Below are positions 10,176 through 18,772 of a DNA stretch of 53,334 nt, piece after piece (position 1 is the first letter of the stretch; each line of letters opens with the position of its first letter). The stretch covers positions 1 to 53,334 of the forward strand of contig JAOAJY010000001.1 in NCBI GenBank assembly GCA_026413965.1, written 5' to 3'. A program made the position numbers and the translations under genes. Source of the stretch: Candidatus Micrarchaeota archaeon (GTDB lineage: Archaea > Micrarchaeota > Micrarchaeia > Anstonellales > Anstonellaceae). The notes beneath the pieces are model-generated. The model was not told where the DNA came from. It saw only the letters and a program-made list of their open reading frames with translations, and searched no databases.

Positions 10176-11018
10176 ATGCTGTCTGCATACGCGCGGCTTT
10201 TCCGAATAGAGCATGCATTCATGCTCTCATTTGCGGTGCTGCTTGCGTTTTTTGCCAGGGGGGCTTTCCCGCAATGGCAAATCCTGCTTGCAGCCCTTGC
10301 AGCCCCTTTCTTCATAGAGATGGGCAGCTTTGCGCTCAATGACTATTTCGATGTTGAGACAGACTTGGCAAACCGGCGCAAAGACCGCCCCATAGCCTCA
10401 GGAGAGATAAGAAAGGAGAACGCGCTTTTTGCCTCGGCAATTTGCTATGCGGCAGGAATTTTTTGCCTGCTTCTCCTTCCTATCCAAGCATCAGCAATCG
10501 GGATGGCTTTCACAGCCCTTTCAGTTGCCTACAACGCCAAGCTGAAGGATTTGCCCGTGGCTGGAAACGCCTATATCGCGGCTTCGATGGCAGTCCCATT
10601 CGTATTCGGGGATTTGGTGGTGTCAAGCCAGCCTTCCGAAAGCATGCTTGCGATAGCTTCAGTCGCCTTTTTCGCTGGCTTTGGAAGGGAAATTGCCAAA
10701 TCCATAGAGGATGCTGAGGGCGACGCGGCATTCAGAAAGTCAAAAACGCTTCCTGTGGTTTTAGGCAAAGCCGCTTCCGCAAAACTTGCGGCAGGCTCAT
10801 ATGCTGCGGCGGTCTTGCTTTCTCCCCTGCCATTTGCCCTTGGGCTGAAGGCAAACACTCTTTCGCTTGGAATGGTGGCTATCGCAGCAATCTCGTTTGC
10901 CTATCTTGCAAAAAGCCTTTTGGAAAAGCTGGACAAGGAAAGCCTGGAAAGCTCAAGGAAAGCCTCCCTTCTTTCGCTTGCCATAGGGCTGGCAGGTTAC
11001 GCAGCAAGCGTCATTTAG
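10176..11018 (+). CDS. UbiA-family prenyltransferase, likely digeranylgeranylglyceryl-phosphate synthase
   Basis: NDYFDVETD.ANR..RPIASG, YNAKLK, GREIAKSIEDAEGD, TLPV; start revised to ATG 10176. Confidence 0.88.
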   Translation: MLSAYARLFRIEHAFMLSFAVLLAFFARGAFPQWQILLAALAAPFFIEMGSFALNDYFDVETDLANRRKDRPIASGEIRKENALFASAICYAAGIFCLLLLPIQASAIGMAFTALSVAYNAKLKDLPVAGNAYIAASMAVPFVFGDLVVSSQPSESMLAIASVAFFAGFGREIAKSIEDAEGDAAFRKSKTLPVVLGKAASAKLAAGSYAAAVLLSPLPFALGLKANTLSLGMVAIAAISFAYLAKSLLEKLDKESLESSRKASLLSLAIGLAGYAASVI

Positions 11019-12039
11019 AGCCCAGCATCTTGGCGAAATTCCTTCTCTGCCTGCTTTTCCATTTTCCTGAGTGGTAAGCATAGCTTGCCAAAAGGGGCAA
11101 AACCGAGGTGGCTTCTGCAAAGACCATCTGCTCAAAAGAGGTATCCACCTTGCCCCAGGAGCTTGCCTCTTTCAGGGTGGAGGAGGAGCATGCCCCGTCG
11201 CGCACATCTGCGACTGTTATCTGTATGGCGTATTTGTGCATCGGGACTTCCTTGCCCAAAATCTCAGCGCAAACCACGGTGTCTTGTGCAAAATTCTTGG
11301 GCACGCCTCCGCCAATCATAAGAAGCCCTGAGGAGGGGGATGCCATCTTTATCTTGGTGAGCTCGTAGAAATCCTTCACTGAGTCTATTGAGACGTGGCT
11401 TTCAGGGTGGTTGTGCTGGTGGAGAACCAGCCCGAAGCCTGCGGAGGAGTCGGAGAACGCTGGGCAGAAAATCGGAACGTTGTTCTCATATGCGATTTGC
11501 ACAAGAGACTCCTTCTTTTTTGCCCCTCCATTTTTCAAGTACTTCCCCATTTCCCAGATGAACTCCCTTGAGGAGTAAGGCTTTGGAGGAAGAGAATCTG
11601 CGATTTTGGCTATTGTCCTGTCGCAGACCTGAAGCTGCTCCTCATCAATGAAGGTGTCATATATCCTGTCTATGTAAAGCTTCCTTAGCAGGCGGTCGTC
11701 TACGTTTGGGGTGCCTATGTAGTGCTTGAAGCCAAGCGCCTCAAAAAAATCCATATCCACTATGGATGCGCCAGTTGCCACCACAGCATCAACCATGTTG
11801 TACTTGACCAAATCAGAGTATATCTTCATGCATCCTCCTGCAGATGTGCTGCCAGCAAGCGTCAGGATTATTGCGCAGCCCTTGTCCGAAAGCATCAAGT
11901 CAAATATTTTCGCTGCTCTTGCCAAATCCCTGCTGGTGAAAGACATCTTCTCCATGGCTTTTATTATCGGGGTGGCGTCAAACGAGGCGATGTCTATGTG
12001 CTCAATCTCCTCTTTGAGAAAATCTTTTTTCGCAGGCAA
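11011..12039 (-). CDS. Deoxyhypusine-synthase-like protein, bacterial (homospermidine / bis(guanidino)-azanonane synthase-like) type
   Basis: EHIDI.SFDA.PII.AM.KMSFTSRDL, GGGVPKNF, ADVRDGACSSSTLKEASSWGKV; TTG start at 12039 behind GGAGGT RBS. Confidence 0.85.
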   Translation of the reverse strand: MPAKKDFLKEEIEHIDIASFDATPIIKAMEKMSFTSRDLARAAKIFDLMLSDKGCAIILTLAGSTSAGGCMKIYSDLVKYNMVDAVVATGASIVDMDFFEALGFKHYIGTPNVDDRLLRKLYIDRIYDTFIDEEQLQVCDRTIAKIADSLPPKPYSSREFIWEMGKYLKNGGAKKKESLVQIAYENNVPIFCPAFSDSSAGFGLVLHQHNHPESHVSIDSVKDFYELTKIKMASPSSGLLMIGGGVPKNFAQDTVVCAEILGKEVPMHKYAIQITVADVRDGACSSSTLKEASSWGKVDTSFEQMVFAEATSVLPLLASYAYHSGKWKSRQRRNFAKMLGSK

Positions 12040-12123
12040 GAAACCTACCTCCGTGAATGCAATCCACAATTAGATAGCATGGATTTTAAACATTAGCAGA
12101 AATTTTAAGCTGGGGGGGAGAGG

Positions 12124-12999
12124 ATGGAGGTCATAACAAAAACCGAGCTTAAGGAGCTTAAGCTTTTTTCGCGAGGAAAAGTGCGCGACACCTATGAGCT
12201 TCCGGACGGAAACTTGCTCATGGTCGCAACCGACAGGCTCTCTGCATTTGACGTGGTTTTCCCAAACGGCATACCTTACAAGGGAGCGGTGCTCACGGAG
12301 CTTTCCCTGTTTTGGTTTGAGAAGCTCAAAGGGATTGTGGACAACCACTTGATATCAACCCAGCTTCCTTCTGGGCTTCCGAATTATCTGAAAAGGAGAA
12401 GCATGATTGTCAAACGGGCAAAGCCCATAAAGCTGGAATGTGTTGTCCGAGGATATCTTGCAGGCTCGGGCCTCAAGGAGTACAACGAGCATGGGACAGT
12501 CTGCGGCATACCGCTTCCAAAAGGGCTGAAAAATTCAAGCAAGCTTCCGCGCCCCATCTTCACGCCCTCAACAAAGGAGGATGTAGGGCATGACATAAAC
12601 ATCAACGACGAGCAAGGCGCCAAGCTTGTGGGCAAGGAGAGGTATGAGAAGCTGAAGGAAATCTCCCTGAAGCTTTACCAGACTGCGGCAGACTACGCAG
12701 CCACGCGCGGGATAATACTTGCGGACACAAAGTTTGAATTTGGGGAATACAATGGCAAGATAATCCTGATTGATGAGGTCTTGACCCCTGACTCATCCAG
12801 ATACTGGCCTGCCGACAAATACAAAGAGGGGCAAAGCCAGCCATCATACGACAAGCAGTATGTCCGGGATTACGTTGAGTCGATAGGCTGGGACAAGAAG
12901 CCCCCAGCGCCTTCCCTTCCGGAAGAGGTTGTCAAAAAGACCACTGAAAAGTACATTGAGGCTTATGAGAAGATAACCGGCAAAAAATTTGCCAGGTGA
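12124..12999 (+). CDS. purC: SAICAR synthase
   Basis: [47 protein letters not shown]. Confidence 0.97.
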   Translation: MEVITKTELKELKLFSRGKVRDTYELPDGNLLMVATDRLSAFDVVFPNGIPYKGAVLTELSLFWFEKLKGIVDNHLISTQLPSGLPNYLKRRSMIVKRAKPIKLECVVRGYLAGSGLKEYNEHGTVCGIPLPKGLKNSSKLPRPIFTPSTKEDVGHDININDEQGAKLVGKERYEKLKEISLKLYQTAADYAATRGIILADTKFEFGEYNGKIILIDEVLTPDSSRYWPADKYKEGQSQPSYDKQYVRDYVESIGWDKKPPAPSLPEEVVKKTTEKYIEAYEKITGKKFAR

Positions 13000-13008
13000 G
13001 GTGATTTT

Positions 13009-13425
13009 GTGGTGGATGTGCTGATACTTTTGGGAAGCGAGTCTGACATGGAGATAGCCAACAAGGTAAAAGCCACGCTGGATGAATTCGGGGTATCAAA
13101 TGAGGTAAGGGTGGCGTCTGCCCACCGCAACCCTGACTTGGTGGACAAGCTGGTGAAGGAGTCGGACGCCAAAGTTTTCGTTGGCATAGCCGGGCTTTCA
13201 GCAGCGCTTCCAGGAGTGATTGCAAGCAAGACGAAAAAGCCCGTAATTGGCGTGCCTGTCTCAGTCAAGCTTGGAGGGCTGGATGCTCTTCTTTCCACTG
13301 TCCAAATCCCACCCGGCGTCCCTGTGGCAGCTGTGGGGATTGACAACGGCAAAAACGCAGCCCTTCTTGCTGTGCGCATACTGGCTCTTTCCGACCAAAA
13401 GCTGGCTGAGAAGCTTGTGAAGTGA
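13009..13425 (+). CDS. purE: N5-carboxyaminoimidazole ribonucleotide mutase
   Basis: [38 protein letters not shown]; GGTGA RBS with GTG start. Confidence 0.95.
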   Translation: MVDVLILLGSESDMEIANKVKATLDEFGVSNEVRVASAHRNPDLVDKLVKESDAKVFVGIAGLSAALPGVIASKTKKPVIGVPVSVKLGGLDALLSTVQIPPGVPVAAVGIDNGKNAALLAVRILALSDQKLAEKLVK

Positions 13426-14003
13426 TTGGGGTGTTTTTTCCTGAAATCCTGCGGAACTGCAAGCGCGGTCCGCAGGTGATTCTTCCTAAAGACATAGGCA
13501 TAATACTTGCCTATTCTGGAGTCGGGAAGAACTCGCTGGTTGTGGATGCTGGGACCGGAAGCGGCTGGCTTGCGATAGCCCTTGCCAATGTGGCAAAAAA
13601 GGTAGTAAGCTATGAGTGGAGGGAGGAATTTGCTGAGCTTGCCGAGAAAAACGCCAAAAAAGCAGGAGTCTTGGATTGGCTGGAGATAAAAAGGAAAAAT
13701 GTGCTTGAGGGCATTGATGAGAGGGGCGCGGATTTGGTGACTCTTGACCTGGCAGATTCCGACAAAGCGGTGCCTCACGCATTTTCTGCCCTGCGCAAAG
13801 GAGGCATGGTTTTCGGCTATCTTCCGCACATTGAGCAGTCAAGGAGGTTTTTTGAGGCTTGCCAGCAGGCAGGATTTGAGGAGGCGCAAATGGTCGAAAG
13901 CATAATGAGAAGCTATTTGGTCAGGCCTGCGGGGGTTCGCCCAGAAAACACCGGCTTGACTCACACCGGATATATTGTGTTTGCCAAAAAGGGAAAGCCT
14001 TAA
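13422..14003 (+). CDS. trmI: tRNA m1A58 methyltransferase (TrmI/Gcd14), catalytic domain only
   Basis: [30 protein letters not shown]...HTGY. Confidence 0.88.
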   Translation: MIGVFFPEILRNCKRGPQVILPKDIGIILAYSGVGKNSLVVDAGTGSGWLAIALANVAKKVVSYEWREEFAELAEKNAKKAGVLDWLEIKRKNVLEGIDERGADLVTLDLADSDKAVPHAFSALRKGGMVFGYLPHIEQSRRFFEACQQAGFEEAQMVESIMRSYLVRPAGVRPENTGLTHTGYIVFAKKGKP

Positions 14004-14045
14004 AATGCCTCTGCGGCATATCGGGCAAGCATAAAGAGGGATGCG

Positions 14046-14537
14046 ATGAGCAAAATCACCATACCTGCTATAGTGGAAGGAGGAAGGGCGACTGCTGGTC
14101 CTCCTCTTGGGCCTGCTTTGGGCCCGCTGGGCGTGAATATAGGCGGAATAATTGAGGAGATAAACAAGAAGACTGCTCCGTTTGCGGGATTGAAAGTGCC
14201 TGTGAAAGTGGTAGTGGACAAGGCAACCAAAAAATTTGAGGTAGAGGTTGGCAGCCCTTCCACCGGAGAGCTTCTGAAAAAAGAGCTTGGGGTGGAAAAG
14301 GGAAGAAAAGGGGGCGCTGAAGACCCGAAAGTGATAGGCAACCTCACGCTTGCTCAAGTAATCAAGGTCGCAAAGATGAAAGCAGGCGGCTCGCTTGTCA
14401 AAGATGTGAAAAAAGGGGCAAATGAGGTCCTTGGGACGTGCGTTTCGCTTGGCATAACTGTGGATGGCAAGGACCCGCGGAAAGTGATTGAAGAGATAAA
14501 GAAAGGCGAGCACGACAGCCAGTTCGCTTCTCAGTAG
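14046..14537 (+). CDS. rpl11: 50S ribosomal protein L11 (uL11)
   Basis: GGRATAGPPLGPALGPLG, KVPVKV, GTCVSLGITVDG. Confidence 0.97.
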   Translation: MSKITIPAIVEGGRATAGPPLGPALGPLGVNIGGIIEEINKKTAPFAGLKVPVKVVVDKATKKFEVEVGSPSTGELLKKELGVEKGRKGGAEDPKVIGNLTLAQVIKVAKMKAGGSLVKDVKKGANEVLGTCVSLGITVDGKDPRKVIEEIKKGEHDSQFASQ

Positions 14538-14568
14538 ATTTAAATAGTCTTTTTGAGAAGACTGGCGC

Positions 14569-16191
14569 ATGTTCCGCTTTGCCCCTGCCTTTTTCCTTAT
14601 TGCAATCCTGCCTATCTCATTTTGCACAGTGATTTGGAGCCAGTCTGCCTCAGATGCCATAACCGGAAAGCCTGCTTTGTTCTCTGACAAGCTCGTCTTT
14701 ACCTCAGCAGACGGCAAGATTTATGCCCTTTCTGCCCAGTCAGGGGCAATCGCTTGGAGCTATGATTTGGGGGAAAGGGCGGCTTTCCCTGCGCATAAAT
14801 TGGATGAGTCAAAAATTGCTGCAGTTGGAGTAAAAGGCAAGCTTGCGGTGATAGGCGTAGCAGATGGCGTGCCTATCGCTACGGCCAGCTTGCTCTCAGC
14901 GCCAAAGGCATTCGCAGCAGGCGACGGGAAGGCGTTTGTGGCAACAAATGACAGCCTGATTGCCTACACCCCACAGGGCAAAAGAGCATGGAACCTGACC
15001 AAAGAGGGCATAGTTGGCCAGATGGGAATAGGCGAAGGCAGCCTCTATTTTGTTTCATCTGGCAGGCTTTATTCAGCCTCAACAGGAAGCGGAGCAATCA
15101 AATGGTCGGCTCCTGCCCATCAAACCTTCCTTTCTAGGCCAGCGGAATATGCAGGCGCAGTTTATGTTGGCGGAACTGATGGGCATCTTTATTCTTTTGA
15201 TGCTTCCACAGGAAGCCTGAGGTGGAGATTCAAGACTGGTGGATGGGTGGCATCTTCCCCTCTTCCAACCGCTGATGGAGTATATTTTGTATCAAATGAT
15301 GGAAACGCTTATGCAGTAAGCCAAAGCGGGCAGCTTCTGTTCAAAACCCCCATTAAGCCTTCGTGGGCGCAGCCAGCAGTGTACACAGGCAAAGGCAGGA
15401 GGACGGTGGTTTTCGCAGACAGCGAGGGAAAGCTTTATGGGGCGGATGCCTCAACCGGAGAGCTGATTTGGTCTTTCTTCTCCTATGGAACTCCTGAGGA
15501 CCTTGCCATGCACTCAGGAAACATTGCTTTTGGAACCAGCAAGGGCAAAATGTATCTTCTTTCTCCTTCTGCGATGTGCAGCTTCAGCTATCCTGAGAAT
15601 TTGGGGATTGTTGGCGGATGGGTTGTGGAGGTGGAAGGAGCCGCAAGCGCGGATGCTGGAATTGAGCAGGTGGAAGTCCGTGCTTCTTCCCCAGGAAAGC
15701 AAGGCTCTTGGGAAGCTGCATTTGGCAAGGAGAGCTGGCACATGCCTATTGACTTCGCCCGATTTGAAAGCGGACCGGTCAAGCTGGAATGCAGGGTGCG
15801 GGACTCTGGCGGCAGGACAGACACCCGAGATTTCTCATCCATCACATTGATAAAAGACGACAACGCGCCGCTTTTGAAAATGTTTGCGGAATATCCAAGC
15901 GAAGTGGAAGCAAATGAGGAGTTTTTTTTCTCTGCAAAAGATGAGAGAGGAAAGCACTTGAGGAATGTGAAGCTTGTGGTTGGCGGCATAGAAAGCGTTG
16001 GGGAAAGCCCGTTCACTATAAAGCTTGCATCCCCAGGAAAGGTTGCCATAACTGCTGAAAAAGCTGGTTTTGAGCCAATCGCAGCCGATGTGAAAGTCAG
16101 AGGAGGAACTGATTACGCCACGATTATCCTAGGGGCTGCGCTAGTTGTAGCCATTGGCTACTTCCTTGCCAAAAAAATGAAAAAGAAATAA
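14569..16191 (+). CDS. Membrane-anchored surface protein with PQQ-like (BamB-type) beta-propeller and Ig-like domains
   Basis: Signal peptide, repeated DG.lYal.a.tG...W blades, beta-rich C-terminal half, C-terminal TM helix with KKMKKK tail. Confidence 0.85.
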   Translation: MFRFAPAFFLIAILPISFCTVIWSQSASDAITGKPALFSDKLVFTSADGKIYALSAQSGAIAWSYDLGERAAFPAHKLDESKIAAVGVKGKLAVIGVADGVPIATASLLSAPKAFAAGDGKAFVATNDSLIAYTPQGKRAWNLTKEGIVGQMGIGEGSLYFVSSGRLYSASTGSGAIKWSAPAHQTFLSRPAEYAGAVYVGGTDGHLYSFDASTGSLRWRFKTGGWVASSPLPTADGVYFVSNDGNAYAVSQSGQLLFKTPIKPSWAQPAVYTGKGRRTVVFADSEGKLYGADASTGELIWSFFSYGTPEDLAMHSGNIAFGTSKGKMYLLSPSAMCSFSYPENLGIVGGWVVEVEGAASADAGIEQVEVRASSPGKQGSWEAAFGKESWHMPIDFARFESGPVKLECRVRDSGGRTDTRDFSSITLIKDDNAPLLKMFAEYPSEVEANEEFFFSAKDERGKHLRNVKLVVGGIESVGESPFTIKLASPGKVAITAEKAGFEPIAADVKVRGGTDYATIILGAALVVAIGYFLAKKMKKK

Positions 16192-16247
16192 CGCAAATCC
16201 TCTAATTACCACAAATATTAAATACTGTTCTGGGCATATCAGAATGC

Positions 16248-16913
16248 ATGGCAATGAAGCAAAAGAAGCAGGATGCCTTTCAGCCCAGCCTTTTTGACCA
16301 GCAGACGCCTTTCCCAAAAAAAGAGCCCATAAGCGAGAGCATAAGAAAGGCAGGAAAAAAAGCTATTGAAGTTGGAAAAAAAGGCTGGTTCAACAAATGG
16401 AAAAAGGTTGTGGAAGAAGGCCTTTGCAGGTACCCTGACAAAATGCAGGCTTTGGAAAGCACGCCTGAAAGGAAGGCTTTTGACTACCAGCTTTCAGGAG
16501 TGATGATGCACTATTTGGATGAGCTTGGGGTATGCTTGGCTATCCTTGATGGCTATGACAATGCAAAGGAGATTGTGCGTATTGCGAAAAACGGGTTGGG
16601 GGAAATCCAGCTGGAAAGGATGCAAAAAGTGGCAAACAGCCTTCTGGTTGAAGCCCGCTACAGCAGATCATCAGATGATTTGGCAAATGCCTCGGCTGTT
16701 GTGATGCTGGTTGCGCTTCTTGCCCACACAAACAGAATCAAGGCCATGCTTTCGCGGGGGGAGGTAATTTCGCCTGTCAAGGAATATTTTGTGGCTTTGG
16801 AAAGAAAAAAAAGGAGAGGAATAAAATTTGCCAAGTTCATGCTTTCTGACATGCAGCTTTACAGCGCAGCCGAGCGATATGCGCAAAAGGCTTACGAAAT
16901 GGCTAAGCAATAG
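16248..16913 (+). CDS. Hypothetical helical protein
   Basis: 221-aa ORF filling the gap; TATA-like TTAAATA 30 nt upstream. Confidence 0.7.
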   Translation: MAMKQKKQDAFQPSLFDQQTPFPKKEPISESIRKAGKKAIEVGKKGWFNKWKKVVEEGLCRYPDKMQALESTPERKAFDYQLSGVMMHYLDELGVCLAILDGYDNAKEIVRIAKNGLGEIQLERMQKVANSLLVEARYSRSSDDLANASAVVMLVALLAHTNRIKAMLSRGEVISPVKEYFVALERKKRRGIKFAKFMLSDMQLYSAAERYAQKAYEMAKQ

Positions 16914-16915
16914 AG

Positions 16916-17371
16916 CTACTGGCTTTTTTCTGAGGCTTTTTGGTAGACTTTCAGGGTGTTTGCCTTTATTGTCACAGGTATGGGGACTGCGACCTCTGAA
17001 AGCTCCACAGTCACCTCGTCTTTGTTTGTGTCTATCTTTATCACGCGCGCCTTTTCTCCTTTGAAAGGCCCAGAAATAAGCTCGACCAAATCCCCTTTTG
17101 AGATGGAAAGCACGGCAGGCTTGGCAGCAGCTATCATCCCCTCTATCTCGCCTATCTGCATAGGCTTGCTCAGCACTCCTTTTATGTGGGGGATTTTGAG
17201 CCCTGCCTGCCTGACTGAAATCTCGTCAGCCCCTTCCACAACCAAATAGCCTTTGAGATCCTCAAAATGCGCAATTGAATATATTTTGAGCTTTTCTTTT
17301 TTCACCTTTTTCATCAGCATGTCCAGCACTATCTTTTCTTGCCCAGCAGTCACACGGTAAACGTATATCAT
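16916..17371 (-). CDS. spt5: Transcription elongation factor Spt5 (NusG)
   Basis: VTAGQE, KGYLVVE, KOW motif GDLVELISGPFKGEKARV, VPIPVT. Confidence 0.96.
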   Translation of the reverse strand: MIYVYRVTAGQEKIVLDMLMKKVKKEKLKIYSIAHFEDLKGYLVVEGADEISVRQAGLKIPHIKGVLSKPMQIGEIEGMIAAAKPAVLSISKGDLVELISGPFKGEKARVIKIDTNKDEVTVELSEVAVPIPVTIKANTLKVYQKASEKSQ

Positions 17372-17381
17372 CTTTCCACCC

Positions 17382-17558
17382 TCAGATTCTGATTTCTGTA
17401 AGGCTGAGAATGAACGAAATCAGAACGCCAATCAGCCCTATCAAAATTATGCCAAGCAACGTTATCTTCACTATTTTCTCAAACTCCCTTTTTCGTGGGC
17501 GGGAGGCGACATTGAGCACGCGGATGCATTCCCGTGCATAATGAAGAACATCCAGCAT
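17382..17558 (-). CDS. secE: Protein translocase SecE/Sec61-gamma (58 aa, not in ORF track)
   Basis: Translated by hand: MLDVLHYARECIRVLNVASRPRKREFEKIVKITLLGIILIGLIGVLISFILSLTEIRI; AGGTGA RBS; conserved ftsZ-secE-spt5 order. Confidence 0.93.
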   Translation of the reverse strand: MLDVLHYARECIRVLNVASRPRKREFEKIVKITLLGIILIGLIGVLISFILSLTEIRI

Positions 17559-17568
17559 CGCATCACCT

Positions 17569-18675
17569 TCAGCCTAGCAGGTCCAAGTCCAAATCAGCCT
17601 CTGCCAGGCTTGATGGGGAAGAGGCTGCTTGAAGCTCGTAATTTGGGAACTTGGCGCCTGCAAGAACCACAAGCACGCGGATTGAGGATTTCTTTGCGCT
17701 TTTCTCTATTCTGGCTCCCCAGATTATGTGGGAGGAAGGGTCAATCCTTTTTGATACCTCGCTTACTATAAGCTCGGCTTCCTTCAAAGTCATGTCTTCC
17801 CCGCCAATCACATTGATGAGCGCCCTGTTTGCTGTTGAGACATCCACATCCAAAAGAGGCGAGTTCATGGCAGTGTCCACAGCGATAAGCGCCCTCTGCT
17901 CAGGCTTTGCGTCAACCGAGGCTTCCCCCACCCCAACCACTGCGCAGCCTGCTCCTGAAAGGATGGTGCGCAAGTCGGCAAAGTCAAGATTCACCAACCC
18001 TGCCTTGGTGACAAGCTCGGTTATGCCTTTCACTGCCCCTGCAAGCACCTCATCGCTGACCTTGAAGGCAGTATTCAAGGGCAAATCCGGAACAATTGAG
18101 AGCAGCTTGTCGTTGGGGATGACTATGACCGTGTCTGCGTGCTTCCGCAGCTTCTCCAAGCCCTCAAGCGCATTGTGCATCCTTATTTTGCCTTCTGAGG
18201 AGAAAGGCAGAGTGACCACTGCGATAGTGAGGGCTCCTACTGCTTTCGCCTGCTCAGCAATTATTGCTGCGCTTCCGGTGCCTGTGCCTCCGCCAAGCCC
18301 GCAAGTCACAAAAACCATCATCCCGTCTGAGATAGCTGCTTTTATCTCCTCAACTGATTCTTTTGCTGCAGCCTCGCCCACAGCAGGGTTTGAGCCTGCC
18401 CCCATGCCTTTTGTGGTCTTTTTGCCAAGCAGAATCTTCTTGTCCGCCCGCATTTTGACAAGGTGCTGCACATCGGTATTCATGGCGATAAGCTTTGCGC
18501 CCTCAATCCTCATGTCAAACATCCTTGCCATGGTGTTGCAGCCTGAGCCGCCTGCCCCAACCACATAAATCTTCGGCTTGGACTGCTCAATGAATTTCAA
18601 AAGCTCGGCATCTTCCGGGCTCACTGTCACCCCTTCAGGAATCTGCGACTCTATATTGTCAAGGCCCATGAGCAT
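17569..18675 (-). CDS. ftsZ: Cell division protein FtsZ (FtsZ1)
   Basis: GAGGSGCN, NTD, GAGSNP, GGGTGTG, PF.SEG, NLDFADL. Confidence 0.97.
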   Translation of the reverse strand: MLMGLDNIESQIPEGVTVSPEDAELLKFIEQSKPKIYVVGAGGSGCNTMARMFDMRIEGAKLIAMNTDVQHLVKMRADKKILLGKKTTKGMGAGSNPAVGEAAAKESVEEIKAAISDGMMVFVTCGLGGGTGTGSAAIIAEQAKAVGALTIAVVTLPFSSEGKIRMHNALEGLEKLRKHADTVIVIPNDKLLSIVPDLPLNTAFKVSDEVLAGAVKGITELVTKAGLVNLDFADLRTILSGAGCAVVGVGEASVDAKPEQRALIAVDTAMNSPLLDVDVSTANRALINVIGGEDMTLKEAELIVSEVSKRIDPSSHIIWGARIEKSAKKSSIRVLVVLAGAKFPNYELQAASSPSSLAEADLDLDLLG

Positions 18676-18772
18676 CTTCCTCGCGCATGCTAACCCATTT
18701 ATCTTTCACGTCGGATATGCCGAGGAAAATTTATAATACCCTCTTTAAGCGCACATCCCTTAGTCCCCAGCT

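Noticed and set aside
17651-18568. 305-aa antisense ORF over ftsZ, and similar shadow ORFs at 12963-13829, 13839-14717, 19113-19715 and 21833-22534
   Set aside because: Opposite-strand mirrors of well-supported genes with no motifs of their own
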